This document shows positions 1 to 10,271 of a DNA stretch of 64,000 bases, one piece after another. The notes below the pieces were generated by a model. That model had not been told where the DNA came from and made no database searches. It worked only from the letters and a program-made list of their open reading frames with translations. Each line of letters starts with the position of its first letter. Position 1 is the first letter of the stretch. This DNA comes from a virus (lineage: Duplodnaviria; Caudoviricetes): IMG/VR virus record IMGVR_UViG_3300028197_000002; one strand, 5' to 3'. Both the position numbers and the translations under genes were made by a program.

Positions 1-3
1 ATT

Positions 4-627
4 ATGATTACGGAAGAAGGTCAGCAAATTGCTACAAATAAAGTTTGTTGGATGATTGCTACAACAGATCGTGGAGATTTGTTTGATGCTTTCGACACTA
101 GGTTTCAAAAAGTTAATCTTAGACTATATTCTAAAGACGAAATGGCTAAGATTGTCCAAATGAATAATTCTGATTGGGATATGGATGTTTGTAGGTTAGT
201 TGCGACATATAACCCTATTGTCCCAAGAGAAGCGATTGCTTTTGCTAAAGACATGCGCGTTGAACATGAAATGAATCCATCTGAGTGGCTGAATGTTGCC
301 AAAAGAACAGCGGAGGATCATGGAATAGATGAATTTGGAATGACCTATGCCAGATTGAATGTTCTTAAAGCATTAGGGCGATCAACGATGTCAGCATCAC
401 AGATGCCATTTGTTGTTCATGTTAAAGAAGATGAATTGAAAAAGTATATTATGCCTCCTCTACTTGCAAGGACTCCTGACCAACAAGTTCCTTTTGTAAC
501 TGTTTGTAGCAGAGGATATTCTATAACAAAGGCTGGACTTGCAGAGTTAGACAAGAGAGGGATTTCTCATAGGGGACTTAAAGCAATGCCGGAGTCGGTC
601 GCAGAAATGTTTACGGATGCTGCATAA
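4..627 (+). CDS. RuvB-like Holliday-junction branch-migration AAA+ helicase, C-terminal part (5'-truncated by window)
   Basis: IATTDRG...FDTRF, PREAI, GIDEFG...VLKAL and a terminal wHTH (SRGYSITKAG) align by eye with the RuvB sensor, lid and DNA-binding regions. Confidence 0.65.
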   Translation: MITEEGQQIATNKVCWMIATTDRGDLFDAFDTRFQKVNLRLYSKDEMAKIVQMNNSDWDMDVCRLVATYNPIVPREAIAFAKDMRVEHEMNPSEWLNVAKRTAEDHGIDEFGMTYARLNVLKALGRSTMSASQMPFVVHVKEDELKKYIMPPLLARTPDQQVPFVTVCSRGYSITKAGLAELDKRGISHRGLKAMPESVAEMFTDAA

Positions 628-688
628 AAAAACAATATTAGTTTGTGGTAACTGAAGAAAGAAACACTTACTTAAAAAGGAGATTATT

Positions 689-853
689 ATGCCCAATTGG
701 TTGAAAGCTACGCTTGCATGTGGATTGGTTTGCTTGTTCATTCCACCTTTAATTGGTCTTTTTCTTGGCGGTGGTATTGTATTCATCGCATTTATAGTAG
801 TGTGTCATTTGGCGAGTGCAGCGGGAATACCCACTAAGTTTCTTGATGATTAA
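689..853 (+). CDS. Small membrane protein (54 aa; below ORF-track cutoff)
   Basis: AAGGAG SD; MPNWLKATLACGLVCLFIPPLIGLFLGGGIVFIAFIVVCHLASAAGIPTKFLDD; follows promoter motif at 639. Confidence 0.65.
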   Translation: MPNWLKATLACGLVCLFIPPLIGLFLGGGIVFIAFIVVCHLASAAGIPTKFLDD

Positions 854-864
854 GGATTGTAAGG

Positions 865-1062
865 ATGCAAGAAAAATATAAAGAAGCATTTAATATTTTA
901 GAAGATTTAAAATTAATTCCAGAAGTAAATGATGAAGATTTAAATAAAATAAGTCATGTTCTTCGCTTCCAAAGAGAACTTATGTCTGTCTATTCAAGTG
1001 CTGTTAATACTTTAGTTTCTGAAAAAATTAAACTTCAAGAGGAATTAGATGCAAATAATTAA
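865..1062 (+). CDS. Hypothetical protein
   Basis: Packed, co-oriented ORF with AAGGA SD. Confidence 0.6.
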   Translation: MQEKYKEAFNILEDLKLIPEVNDEDLNKISHVLRFQRELMSVYSSAVNTLVSEKIKLQEELDANN

Positions 1063-1288
1063 AACAAAATCACTTGTTGATTACATGAAAAAAAGATCAA
1101 CCCTAGAGGGTAGAAATTGGAACATTCCTGATTCTTATCTGGAAGAAATGTTTGTTCAAAAAGGGACTAGAATTTTTTTTGGTGTGGTTTTAGATGATTT
1201 AGGAAATATGTTAGAAGATAAAAAGAATAAAGATTTTTTCTTGTGTTGGCAACGAATGGAAGCAGAGCGTACTTTTGATGCAAGGTAA
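1049..1288 (+). CDS. Hypothetical protein
   Basis: Overlapping operon-style ORF. Confidence 0.6.
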   Translation: MQIIKTKSLVDYMKKRSTLEGRNWNIPDSYLEEMFVQKGTRIFFGVVLDDLGNMLEDKKNKDFFLCWQRMEAERTFDAR

Positions 1289-1472
1289 AAAAGTATATTT
1301 TAATACGAAGTCTCAATATGGAGTGGAAACCGTAGATGAATTAAGCAAGAAAGATTTTATTGATTTCGCAGCGTTTAATGCCGAAGTCAAAAGATTGTCT
1401 AAAGAATATACTCTTGCTGGTATGTCGGTTTATGTTAGTCAAAGATCATGTAAAGAATGGGGTCGGCAATGA
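1275..1472 (+). CDS. Hypothetical protein
   Basis: Overlapping operon-style ORF. Confidence 0.6.
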   Translation: MMQGKKVYFNTKSQYGVETVDELSKKDFIDFAAFNAEVKRLSKEYTLAGMSVYVSQRSCKEWGRQ

Positions 1473-2752
1473 GTTTTAAAGAATTAGAGAAATTTGTAGA
1501 AAAACTTAAATCCACAACAAGTACGCTTGATAAAGTAGAAATAATTAAAAATTGCAATTCTGATTTTATAAAAAATATTATTTTATATACATACCATCCT
1601 TTCAAGCAGTATCATGTTACTAGCAAAAATTTAAAGAAACGAAATGATTTGTTGGGTGTGCAAATGTGCCATTCTGATTTTTTTTCTTTACTAGATGGTC
1701 TTTCAAGTAGAGAAATTACTGGTCACGATGCAATTAAATCTGTAAATGCTTTTGTTTCAAACAATTCTGAGTATGAAGAACTTATTCATTGCGTAATTGA
1801 TAAAGATTTAAAAACTAGAACTGCTGCGAAGTTGATTAACAAGGCTTTGCCTAATTTCATTCCTGAATTTAGTGTTGCTCTTGCTGATGTCTATGCACCT
1901 AAATTAGTAAGCTGGAAAGATGAATGGTATGTCTCTAGAAAGCTAGATGGAGTTAGGTGTATCGCTGTTATAGACGATTTAGGAAACCCTACGCTCTATT
2001 CCAGAACAGGAAAAGAATTTCATACCCTTGATGTTGTTGCTTCTGATGTTCGCAAACTAAAACTTAGAAATCAAGTTTTAGATGGAGAACTATGTCTGGT
2101 GGATGAAGATGGGAATGAAGACTTTCAAGGAATAATGAAACAGTTAAAGAAAAAAGATCATACGATTGCCAATCCATCCTATAAGGTATTTGATTTTTTA
2201 AATTTAGATGAATTTAATTCAAAGGTTGGAGAGAGAAATCTTTCTCAAAGATTGAAATGTTTGTCAGAGACATTCCCAGAGGATTCAAATTCAACATTGT
2301 CTGTCTTGGAGCAAGAGATTGTTCAAGATGATGGTCATTTTGAAAATTGGATTTCAAAATCAAAGGAAAATGGTTGGGAAGGTTGTATGCTTAGAAAAAA
2401 TACGGCATACAAAGGAAAACGAAGCAAGGATTTGCTCAAATGCAAGTCGTTTTATGATAACGAATATGAAGTTCTGTCAACAGAGACAGGCCAATTTAGA
2501 TATGTAAAAGATGGTTCTGAAACTGAAGAAGAAATGCTTTCTGCTGTCATTATTAAGCATAAAGGCCATGAAGTTCGTGTAGGGAGTGGTTGGAGTGTTG
2601 AGCAAAGACAAGAGTATTTTAAGAACCCAGAAGGAATTATTGGAAAATTAATCTGTGTTCAATACTTTGAAGAAACTAAAAATCAATCTGGCGGGATTAG
2701 TTTGAGATTTCCTACTATTAAGCATGTTTACGGAAATTCAAGAGATTTATAA
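1457..2752 (+). CDS. lig: ATP-dependent DNA ligase (start possibly ATG 1469)
   Basis: Motifs I SRKLDGVRC, III LDGEL, IIIa VFDFL, IV EGCMLR, V LLKCK, OB-fold VGSGW, VI SLRFPT. Confidence 0.95.
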   Translation: MGSAMSFKELEKFVEKLKSTTSTLDKVEIIKNCNSDFIKNIILYTYHPFKQYHVTSKNLKKRNDLLGVQMCHSDFFSLLDGLSSREITGHDAIKSVNAFVSNNSEYEELIHCVIDKDLKTRTAAKLINKALPNFIPEFSVALADVYAPKLVSWKDEWYVSRKLDGVRCIAVIDDLGNPTLYSRTGKEFHTLDVVASDVRKLKLRNQVLDGELCLVDEDGNEDFQGIMKQLKKKDHTIANPSYKVFDFLNLDEFNSKVGERNLSQRLKCLSETFPEDSNSTLSVLEQEIVQDDGHFENWISKSKENGWEGCMLRKNTAYKGKRSKDLLKCKSFYDNEYEVLSTETGQFRYVKDGSETEEEMLSAVIIKHKGHEVRVGSGWSVEQRQEYFKNPEGIIGKLICVQYFEETKNQSGGISLRFPTIKHVYGNSRDL

Positions 2753-2796
2753 TAAAAATAGCAAAAAGATGCTCTTTTCTCATCTACATAACTTAC

Positions 2797-3204
2797 ATGA
2801 AGATGCCAGAGGTGTTATTATCTAATCTTAGGGATATGGTTTTTGAAAGAAATATAGAAAAAGTAAAATCTATATTAGAACTTTCCCCTGACGAAAAATT
2901 AATTCCAGAGGAATTTGTTACTTTGGATGAAGTTAATTTAATTGTTTTGGAAAGTTTGGAAGAAGAAGATGTCAAACATATTGAAGAAAGTGAAAATATT
3001 TTATATTCAATATCTCTTTCTGCAAGCACTTTAAAAAGCATTTTTTACAAGATTAAAACTAGAATTTTCACTAATTATATGTCAAAATTAGTTTCACGGG
3101 GCTTTTTTGAATGTGCTTTTTCAGAAGAAGATAATGATTTCATTTTTTCTGTATCTGAAAAAGGCAAGAAACACGGAATTGAAAAAATTCCTGAATGGTT
3201 ATAA
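2797..3204 (+). CDS. Hypothetical acidic protein
   Basis: 135-aa ORF in gene run. Confidence 0.65.
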   Translation: MKMPEVLLSNLRDMVFERNIEKVKSILELSPDEKLIPEEFVTLDEVNLIVLESLEEEDVKHIEESENILYSISLSASTLKSIFYKIKTRIFTNYMSKLVSRGFFECAFSEEDNDFIFSVSEKGKKHGIEKIPEWL

Positions 3205-3214
3205 AGGATTCTAA

Positions 3215-3409
3215 ATGCAAAACGAAACTCATTCTGAGTATTGTTCTCTTTCAAATTTTGATTGGCAAAGATTTAATAAAAAAGTCGAAAATTTGTTGAG
3301 TAAAATAAAATCAAAAAAAGAAGCAGAGAATACTATTTTAATTTTGAATTTAATTAAAACAAAAGACGCTCAACTAATTAATTTGGAGAGCGAAAATGAA
3401 GAATGTTAG
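3215..3409 (+). CDS. Hypothetical protein
   Basis: AAAGGA SD, packed ORF. Confidence 0.55.
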   Translation: MQNETHSEYCSLSNFDWQRFNKKVENLLSKIKSKKEAENTILILNLIKTKDAQLINLESENEEC

Positions 3410-3585
3410 CAACTTTACTTACAGCCATTATTATACTAGGATTATATTATTTATTTTGGGGCGACTCAAATGATGATAATAATAATAATGATGATGATAA
3501 TGAACTGAAAGAAATAGACGATGACGTAATCGCCTATGCAATAGTTAATGATATGTTTGATAATGATGGAGTTGAAATTGATTAA
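3403..3585 (+). CDS. Small single-pass membrane protein with acidic tail
   Basis: N-terminal hydrophobic helix, D/N-rich tail. Confidence 0.6.
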   Translation: MLATLLTAIIILGLYYLFWGDSNDDNNNNDDDNELKEIDDDVIAYAIVNDMFDNDGVEID

Positions 3586-3940
3586 AAAAGTTTTTCTCGT
3601 ATTGGGATTGTTTGTTTGTGGCTGTAGTTCTATTTCTTTTAGAGCAAATGCGGATGAGTTTTTCATTCAGCCTCATATAGCACCTGCGGTTAAAGTAGAA
3701 CAGTATCCGAGTTATTGGTATCAGGAATATCCAAGATACTTTGTTCCTCCAAGAGTTTATCCAACAAATCCTTATCACCTTCCTCCAACTTATATCATCC
3801 CTTCTTCTCCAACTCCTTATTACTATCTCCCAGCCCCAATATATCCATCTTATCCATCTTATGTAAATGTTCCTGTTTTAGTTGAAAGAGGATTTTTTTG
3901 CAAAAGATATCATTGGACATATCAGCGACGATATTGGTGA
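3548..3940 (+). CDS. Secreted Pro/Tyr-rich protein (planctomycete-like; start uncertain)
   Basis: Signal-like FLVLGLFVCGCS followed by YYxPxP-rich low-complexity body. Confidence 0.55.
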   Translation: MICLIMMELKLIKKVFLVLGLFVCGCSSISFRANADEFFIQPHIAPAVKVEQYPSYWYQEYPRYFVPPRVYPTNPYHLPPTYIIPSSPTPYYYLPAPIYPSYPSYVNVPVLVERGFFCKRYHWTYQRRYW

Positions 3941-4182
3941 TTTTCCAGATAAGATGATGGAGATGTCAAATCAAAATTCTTTATGGACTCTCGGAGTTCA
4001 GACTTTTTAAATTTTTTAACTAAGATGACAAATAATTTTTCTCCTGCATCTTTAAATAAGCAGGGGATTATGCCGTTGATAATTAATTGAAAGCCATGTT
4101 TTAATATTATAAATCCATATTTGGACGCAAATAAGAAATGAGCTAGATATTCCATTTCTTTTTCTTTTGAATGTTTGCTCAT
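3922..4182 (-). CDS. Hypothetical protein
   Basis: Overlaps the stop of 4182-4403 by 1 nt (coupled pair on minus strand). Confidence 0.55.
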   Translation of the reverse strand: MSKHSKEKEMEYLAHFLFASKYGFIILKHGFQLIINGIIPCLFKDAGEKLFVILVKKFKKSELRESIKNFDLTSPSSYLENHQYRR

Positions 4183-4403
4183 TATTCTTTTGTTTTATCG
4201 AAATTTTTGTATTTAAATTTCTTTACATCAATATTTTTTTCGTCTGCTTTTGGCCCAAGTTTTTGTATTGCATCTGCCGCGATTGAAGTGAAATAAAGAG
4301 CCGGATTTTCGCCTCTAATGTATCCGTCAGGATACGCCCAATGAGCAAGCCCTGTTCGACTTTGCTTTTCGTTCAATAATACAAATTCTTTAAAACTAAT
4401 CAT
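4182..4403 (-). CDS. Possible head-packaged internal protein
   Basis: N-terminus MISFKEFVLLNE resembles the T4 capsid-targeting sequence MKTYQEFIAE; CTAAATA just upstream on the minus strand. Confidence 0.5.
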   Translation of the reverse strand: MISFKEFVLLNEKQSRTGLAHWAYPDGYIRGENPALYFTSIAADAIQKLGPKADEKNIDVKKFKYKNFDKTKE

Positions 4404-4499
4404 AATAAATAATATTTAGTTGCTGGGAAGCCAAAATGTGAAAAATATTTGAGATTAGTTTGCGGTATAAGCATACACATTTATAGAGGATGAGCTTAT

Positions 4500-4853
4500 A
4501 TGATAGACGAACCGGAAGAATATTGTTTTGATAGTCTTTCTTCAACTTTGAATATTTTAAATTCAAAGAATTTAGTTGAAATAGCCAAAGAAAAAGGCAG
4601 ATTGTCTCAAGAACAAGAAAAAAGATTATTAAATTATGCAATTAAATCAGATAAATGCTCTGTTTTGATTGAATATGCCTACGCAATGCACTCAAAACTA
4701 CCAGAAGAAATGCACAATTTTGTTGTTATGAACTCTGGGAGAGTTTCATTAAGTTACTTTAAATTACTGAATACTTTGAAGTCTAGCCTTAAAAGTATGG
4801 CATCAGTTGTTGGTGATAATTCAACTTTGAAACAAGTTATTGAAGAAATGTAA
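4500..4853 (+). CDS. Helical-repeat protein, LPxxxHNxM paralog family
   Basis: EYAYAMHSKLPEEMHNFVVM. Confidence 0.65.
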   Translation: MIDEPEEYCFDSLSSTLNILNSKNLVEIAKEKGRLSQEQEKRLLNYAIKSDKCSVLIEYAYAMHSKLPEEMHNFVVMNSGRVSLSYFKLLNTLKSSLKSMASVVGDNSTLKQVIEEM

Positions 4854-5616
4854 AATGAATAAATCTGTTAAGAGTAGAATTATAGAACAATTTCAAAATG
4901 TGATTCTGTCAGAATCAAAAGTTACATTTTACAAAGACTATGACCGAAACAATGTTTTTATTGAAAAAGGTTCTACTGGTTACATAAAGAATTTCAAAGA
5001 ACTTTGTGGAACTATAAGTCTTTTGAAATTTGAATTTTTTGAAACAAACGATGGCAGAGAATTTCCATATCGTGAAGTTAAACTTTTTCTTTTTGAAGCA
5101 GAAAAACTTTTATGTGATTCCAGTTTGTTTCCATTTTTTTTCATACAAGGCAGTCAATTAGAAAACGGCATTCGAATTTCTAACTATGAATATTTAGAAT
5201 ACGTTTTTAATCATTCTTCCCATAGAGGAATATCAGATAGTAAAAAATTTGCTATGATCGCTGTAAAACATAAAACAAGACTTCCCAAAAAGATTGAGGA
5301 AGTAATTCTTGGCAACTATAAATTATCTAATCATTACTCAAGTGCTTTTGACATTAACTTGACTGAATTTCAACAAAAAGAATTTTTAAAAGATAAAACA
5401 GGAAGTTTTGCTGCAAAATATTCGATGGACTTGATAGATCGTCGAATAGAGGTTCCTGATTTCTTGCATAATTACTTGCTTTCTTTGAAGGCATTTGGGA
5501 ATTTGTCTTCAATTGTAGAAATAAAGGGAAATGGCGAATTTGTTCCATCTTTAAATTATTTTGTTGAAATGTATATTAAAAAATCTGAAAATGAACATAA
5601 AAAAAATTCAGAGTAG
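4840..5616 (+). CDS. Helical-repeat protein, LPxxxHNxM paralog family
   Basis: TRLPKKIEE...EVPDFLHNYLL. Confidence 0.65.
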   Translation: MKKCKMNKSVKSRIIEQFQNVILSESKVTFYKDYDRNNVFIEKGSTGYIKNFKELCGTISLLKFEFFETNDGREFPYREVKLFLFEAEKLLCDSSLFPFFFIQGSQLENGIRISNYEYLEYVFNHSSHRGISDSKKFAMIAVKHKTRLPKKIEEVILGNYKLSNHYSSAFDINLTEFQQKEFLKDKTGSFAAKYSMDLIDRRIEVPDFLHNYLLSLKAFGNLSSIVEIKGNGEFVPSLNYFVEMYIKKSENEHKKNSE

Positions 5617-5639
5617 TTTGCGGTAGAGTTATAGAATGA

Positions 5640-5855
5640 ATGATACTTGTAACTAAGGAGAATCAAATGAGAATACCTGAACCCGGACATGACAAAGGTT
5701 GGGGCGTGACTTTCGTAGCGTCACTAGCTTGGGCTTTTATTGGTATAGTTGCTCTTATGCTTTTGGGATTAAGTGTTCCAATTCTTATTCCAATCGCAAT
5801 TTTTGGACTTGGTACTTATACTTACGGACTGTTTTGTAAAAACATTGATGACTGA
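5640..5855 (+). CDS. Small two-helix membrane protein
   Basis: Hydrophobic hairpin; follows promoter motif at 5614. Confidence 0.6.
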   Translation: MILVTKENQMRIPEPGHDKGWGVTFVASLAWAFIGIVALMLLGLSVPILIPIAIFGLGTYTYGLFCKNIDD

Positions 5856-5905
5856 AATCATTTGTTGGGTGCAAGAATTGCAGAAAGAATGGAAAGGTTG
5901 ATAAT

Positions 5906-7000
5906 ATGTCTGTTGTAGAATCTAAAGTTGTTGAGTCTATTAGTCTTTATTTCAATGCTGGTAGTAGCGATAAAGTTTACAATGCTTCTATTGAAGAATT
6001 TGATGGCAAGTATGTCGTCAACTTTGAATACGGACGCAGAGGTAGTGCTTTGAAATCAGGAAGTAAGACTTCTAGCCCTGTTTTGTTACAGGATGCTAAG
6101 ATTGCTTATGAAAAATTGATTAAAGAAAAGACTAAAAAAGGTTATCAAAAATTAGAAGGTGCGTATGATAAGCAGATTCTAGTTTCTGATTTGCCTGAAA
6201 CTCAAGTTGTTGATTCTAAATGCGTATTGTTAAACCCAATTACAGGAGATGAAGTTAATGTTTATTGTGACAATCCTGATTGGATTGTTCAAGAAAAAAT
6301 GGATGGAGTTAGATTTATGCTCCATAGGCAAGGTGGAAAGGTAACGTCTTATAATAGACGAGGGGTTTACGCTAACATTCCGGTAGACATTTACAATTTG
6401 ACAAAAGACTTGAAAGAAGATTTTTTCATTGATGGAGAACTTGTTGGAGAAGTCATGTATGTTTTTGACATGCTAGAATATAAAGGTAAAGACTATAGGG
6501 AAAGTTCGTTTTCCGAAAGGTTTAAGCAACTAAGAAGTTTTGTGAAAAGTTTGCCTAATCAAGATTGTATTGTTTTGACCAAGACCGCAAATAAAAACAA
6601 AATTAAATTTGTAAATGAACTTGAGGAAAACAATAAAGAAGGAGCCGTATTCAAGAATAAAAACGCATCTTATTATGTAGGACGACCTGCTAGTGGAGGT
6701 GATTACGTCAAATTTAAGTTTTACAGCACTTGTAGTTGCGTTGTAAAAGAACTCAATGGAACTAAAAGAAGTGTTTTTCTTGAATTATTCAAAAACAAGA
6801 AAGCTGTAAAAGCAGGAAAGGTTACTATCCCTGCAAACTTTGATATTCCAGAAGTAGGACAAGTAGTAGAAGTTCGATACTTATATGCTTATAAGCAGTC
6901 AGGTGCATTGTATCAGCCTGTTTACTTGGGCGTGAGAGATGATATTGTTCCAAGTGAATGCCAGCAGGCTCAATTAAAATATAAGTCGGAAGAAGATTAA
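5906..7000 (+). CDS. WGR-domain ATP-dependent DNA ligase-like protein
   Basis: N-terminal WGR (SDKVY...FEYGRRG...KLIKEKTKKGY) plus ligase motifs QEKMDGVR, IDGEL, YVFDML, EGAVFK, YVKFK and an OB fold. Confidence 0.85.
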   Translation: MSVVESKVVESISLYFNAGSSDKVYNASIEEFDGKYVVNFEYGRRGSALKSGSKTSSPVLLQDAKIAYEKLIKEKTKKGYQKLEGAYDKQILVSDLPETQVVDSKCVLLNPITGDEVNVYCDNPDWIVQEKMDGVRFMLHRQGGKVTSYNRRGVYANIPVDIYNLTKDLKEDFFIDGELVGEVMYVFDMLEYKGKDYRESSFSERFKQLRSFVKSLPNQDCIVLTKTANKNKIKFVNELEENNKEGAVFKNKNASYYVGRPASGGDYVKFKFYSTCSCVVKELNGTKRSVFLELFKNKKAVKAGKVTIPANFDIPEVGQVVEVRYLYAYKQSGALYQPVYLGVRDDIVPSECQQAQLKYKSEED

Positions 7001-7125
7001 TTTTAATTGCTTCATTCATTGCGTTGTTAATTGGTTGTAAAGGTTTGTTTATTTTTACTTTTTTTGTAGTTTAATGATTGTTCTTTCTAAATATTATTTT
7101 ATAATTTGAAAGCGTAAGGAACTTT

Positions 7126-7362
7126 ATGAGCAAATCTTGGTTAGGTGATTTTAATGTCATTGATAAAACTAAAGATCATCATAAAAGTGAATTACAAAAA
7201 AATAAAGAGAGGCAGTGTCGTCTAGAGATTAAAATCGTTTGTAATTCACTTCAAAGTGTTTTTAATTTAATAGATAATAAAATAGGAATTGATTTATTGG
7301 GGATTATTGCTGTCCTTACAGGCTACGCAATATTCAACATATATTGTTCTTATTATTCTTAA
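7126..7362 (+). CDS. Hypothetical protein with C-terminal membrane helix
   Basis: AAGGA SD; hydrophobic C-terminus. Confidence 0.55.
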   Translation: MSKSWLGDFNVIDKTKDHHKSELQKNKERQCRLEIKIVCNSLQSVFNLIDNKIGIDLLGIIAVLTGYAIFNIYCSYYS

Positions 7363-7379
7363 TCAGTTAGTGGCGTTTA

Positions 7380-7655
7380 GTGGAGTACCTGCGGATGAAG
7401 ATTCAAGAGACAGAAAAGAAATTTGGACAAAAACTCATAGTAGTCCAAAAATCAATTGAGTTAGCGTATATTTCTGGTAGCTTTCCTTCTTACCAGTTGG
7501 CATGTAAGAGGGTTGGATATGCTAGAGTAAATAGAAATAAGTTTCATGTAGGCGTGATTTATGATGAAACAGATTCTCTGGAAATTGGCGATGTAGAAGC
7601 TCTTGCCAAAGAAAGTGGATTAAAAATTATTTTAAATGAGAAGTGGAAGTCATAA
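7380..7655 (+). CDS. Hypothetical protein
   Basis: Packed ORF. Confidence 0.55.
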   Translation: MEYLRMKIQETEKKFGQKLIVVQKSIELAYISGSFPSYQLACKRVGYARVNRNKFHVGVIYDETDSLEIGDVEALAKESGLKIILNEKWKS

Positions 7656-8122
7656 TGACTGATGTGCTTTCTGATCGCCCGATGAAAATAAGATACCATT
7701 TACAGAATGGTATTCATAAAAATCATTGGCAAATTAAAAATATTTTTAATAATTCTATAATTTATCTTGATCCCAAAGATCAGGTTATTCGGCTAACTGA
7801 TAGTGTTCTCAAGAACAAACGATCAACAGCCGATAAGATTTATTGTGGAAAAACTAAAACTGTATGTAGTTGGGTACAGTTTAGGGATAGCAAACAGTTA
7901 AAAAAAGATTATCGACCAAAGAAGCAACTTGTTAAAATAAATTACAACCCTAAAAAAACACCATACTGGAACGCTCAAGATGACCTGAAACGCCGTTACG
8001 ATCTAGACGAGTGTTGGTTTAGCTATTTGTATCTAGGTGCGTTACAAGGCCAGCTAGGAGTTTATGCTTGTAAGGATGAACTATTATCAAAATTCAACAC
8101 GTTGAATTTTGTTTGTTTCTAA
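7643..8122 (+). CDS. Hypothetical phage protein
   Basis: 159-aa ORF in gene run. Confidence 0.65.
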   Translation: MEVIMTDVLSDRPMKIRYHLQNGIHKNHWQIKNIFNNSIIYLDPKDQVIRLTDSVLKNKRSTADKIYCGKTKTVCSWVQFRDSKQLKKDYRPKKQLVKINYNPKKTPYWNAQDDLKRRYDLDECWFSYLYLGALQGQLGVYACKDELLSKFNTLNFVCF

Positions 8123-8170
8123 GGGCTATTTAAAAATGTATATATTAATATTTAATATATAAATAATTGC

Positions 8171-8971
8171 ATGATAATTAAAGATAAAAAATTTCTTTGG
8201 ACTCATCCGCTAAAAATGGGTGGAACAAGTTTCAGAACAGTTTTAGTAACTCTGTTTAGTGATGGCAACACTCATGCAAGTCAAGGTGGTGGCAAGATAA
8301 CTCTTAATGATGGTCATAGATCATTAAAAAGTCTGTTGAGCATAGACCCCAAATACAAAAAATTTTACAAGGTTAGTTTATGTAGAAATCCGTGGGACAG
8401 AGTAGTTAGTTTCTGGTATCACAATAAGCGTCATATGGTATTGAATCGTGATACTTCTAAAGACTTAATAAATTCAAAATGCCAAGGATTTGCTCCGAGA
8501 AATATAGATCAAATATTTTGGCAAAGTTGCACTTTTGAAGAATATTTGCAAAGCAAATACATAAATGATCTTTGTCCAAAAAAGTTTTATGTTTTTAATA
8601 ACATTGAAGTAGATGAATATATTCGATACGAGCATTTTGAACTTGACATAGCGAATGTATTAAAAAAATTAGGTGTAAAAAGTAGCGAATATAAGCTACA
8701 GAACTTTAGTCACGATACTGCTCGAAAATGGGGAGTAGATGATTATCGAACGTACTACAATGACGACCAAGCTGAATTTATAGGCGAAAAATTTAAATAT
8801 GAAATTAAAAAATTTAATTATTTGTTTGACAATGGCTGTAGAAAAAACTCTGAATCATATAAAAATGAATTAAAATCACGCATACGCCAAAACAAAGAAA
8901 AAATACAAAAACTGCAAAAACAAGTAGCTGTTGATGAATCTAAATTAAACAAGGAATACAAAGCAATATGA
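8171..8971 (+). CDS. Sulfotransferase family 2 protein
   Basis: PAPS-binding HPLKMGGTS, RNPWDRVVSFW, IRYEHF; TATAAATA at 8158-8165 upstream. Confidence 0.85.
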   Translation: MIIKDKKFLWTHPLKMGGTSFRTVLVTLFSDGNTHASQGGGKITLNDGHRSLKSLLSIDPKYKKFYKVSLCRNPWDRVVSFWYHNKRHMVLNRDTSKDLINSKCQGFAPRNIDQIFWQSCTFEEYLQSKYINDLCPKKFYVFNNIEVDEYIRYEHFELDIANVLKKLGVKSSEYKLQNFSHDTARKWGVDDYRTYYNDDQAEFIGEKFKYEIKKFNYLFDNGCRKNSESYKNELKSRIRQNKEKIQKLQKQVAVDESKLNKEYKAI

Positions 8972-9065
8972 AAAAGTACGAAAAGAAAATTTTATTTTTT
9001 TGGTTGTTTTTTCATTTGTTATTTAATGGGTTGTTTCTTTTTAACGTAACCTTTAAAATAAACCC

Positions 9066-9494
9066 ATGAATCCTTTATTAGAAAAAAAATTAAATCGAAA
9101 CTTTCCTGATTTGATACGTAATGATTTGTTTATTGAGTGTCTTGATGGTTGGTATCAAATAATACATGATATGTGTTATTTAATTGAGCAACAAGAGCCA
9201 CACACTGTTCCAGTAGGTTATTATTCAACCAATCTTGATTCATCTAATGATATTGAAGTAGAAATAAATCAAATAAAAGAAAAGTTTGGTGGATTAAGAG
9301 TTTATTATCATGGTGGTAATGATATTGTTGCTGGAATCGTAAAAATGGCAGAAAAACATAGTTTCTCAACATGCGAAAATTGTGGGAATCCAGCAAAGTG
9401 TAAAACAGTAGGTCATTTAACAAAAACAATTTGCAATAATTGTCGAAAATTTATGCAAGCTAAAAGCCTCAATAAGAAAAAATTGAAGCAATGA
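9066..9494 (+). CDS. Conserved phage protein with C-terminal Zn ribbon
   Basis: QIKEKFGGLRVY motif; CENC...CNNC. Confidence 0.7.
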   Translation: MNPLLEKKLNRNFPDLIRNDLFIECLDGWYQIIHDMCYLIEQQEPHTVPVGYYSTNLDSSNDIEVEINQIKEKFGGLRVYYHGGNDIVAGIVKMAEKHSFSTCENCGNPAKCKTVGHLTKTICNNCRKFMQAKSLNKKKLKQ

Positions 9495-9706
9495 GCCAAC
9501 AGCAATTTGAAGAACGAACAAAGTGGGTCTATGACGAACAGAAATTTCCAGTCTGGAATAAGTCTTTTGATAAAGATGAGCGTGACGAAATGATCCGAGA
9601 AGATATATGGGTTGGTCGTAGCATCTCATTTTTATTAGCCGCTTTGGTCGGAATTGGTCTGATTCTGGCAAGTCTTACCATTAATTTTATAACCAAATGG
9701 CAATAG
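9491..9706 (+). CDS. Planctomycete-type small membrane protein
   Basis: W...EDIWVGRSISFLLAALVGIGLIL pattern. Confidence 0.55.
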   Translation: MSQQQFEERTKWVYDEQKFPVWNKSFDKDERDEMIREDIWVGRSISFLLAALVGIGLILASLTINFITKWQ

Positions 9707-9758
9707 CGATGACTATTTCATAATCCGTCTTAACATTAAACTAATATTAATCTGACAT

Positions 9759-10202
9759 TTGAAATTTCTTAATAGAGAAACACTCTTTATTAAGGAATTT
9801 TTCATTATGAGAACAGCATTTATTTTATTATTTTTAGCATTGTTTCTTGGTTGTGGCAAAAGTTTGCCAGAAATTGAAAGCGTTTCAAATGTTGATGGCA
9901 AAATTTTAATGCCAAATGGTCGAGTTTTAAAACATGGAAGGTTGTTGTTTATTCCAACAGAGCATTATGATGTTGCTAGAAGTTTATCAGTAGACATAAA
10001 AGATGATGGAAGTTTTAAATCAGAAGATAATTTATATGAAATAAATTATAAAATTATGGTTCTTACTGGAAGTGGAAAAGAACGCAGGTATATTAAAAAG
10101 TATGTTCCTGAAAAATATTATGATCGAGAAGAAGAAGACTCTGATTTATTTATAAATCCTGAAGTTCAAGCAGATAATTTGGTTTTAAAAATGACCAAAT
10201 AA
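9759..10202 (+). CDS. Planctomycete-type lipoprotein (carboxypeptidase-regulatory-like fold)
   Basis: Lipobox LFLGCG; G.LLFIP, IKDDGSF, YKIMV, VPEKY pattern. Confidence 0.65.
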   Translation: MKFLNRETLFIKEFFIMRTAFILLFLALFLGCGKSLPEIESVSNVDGKILMPNGRVLKHGRLLFIPTEHYDVARSLSVDIKDDGSFKSEDNLYEINYKIMVLTGSGKERRYIKKYVPEKYYDREEEDSDLFINPEVQADNLVLKMTK

Positions 10203-10208
10203 AATGAT

Positions 10209-10237
10209 TTTACTTATTAGAAAGATTATGCTAAAAT
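10209..10237 (+). promoter_or_regulatory. Sigma70-type promoter
   Basis: TTTACT-N17-TAAAAT with extended -10 TG, upstream of 10272. Confidence 0.55.
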
Positions 10238-10271
10238 CATTCTTAGATTTTTTAAAAATGGAGGTTTAAGA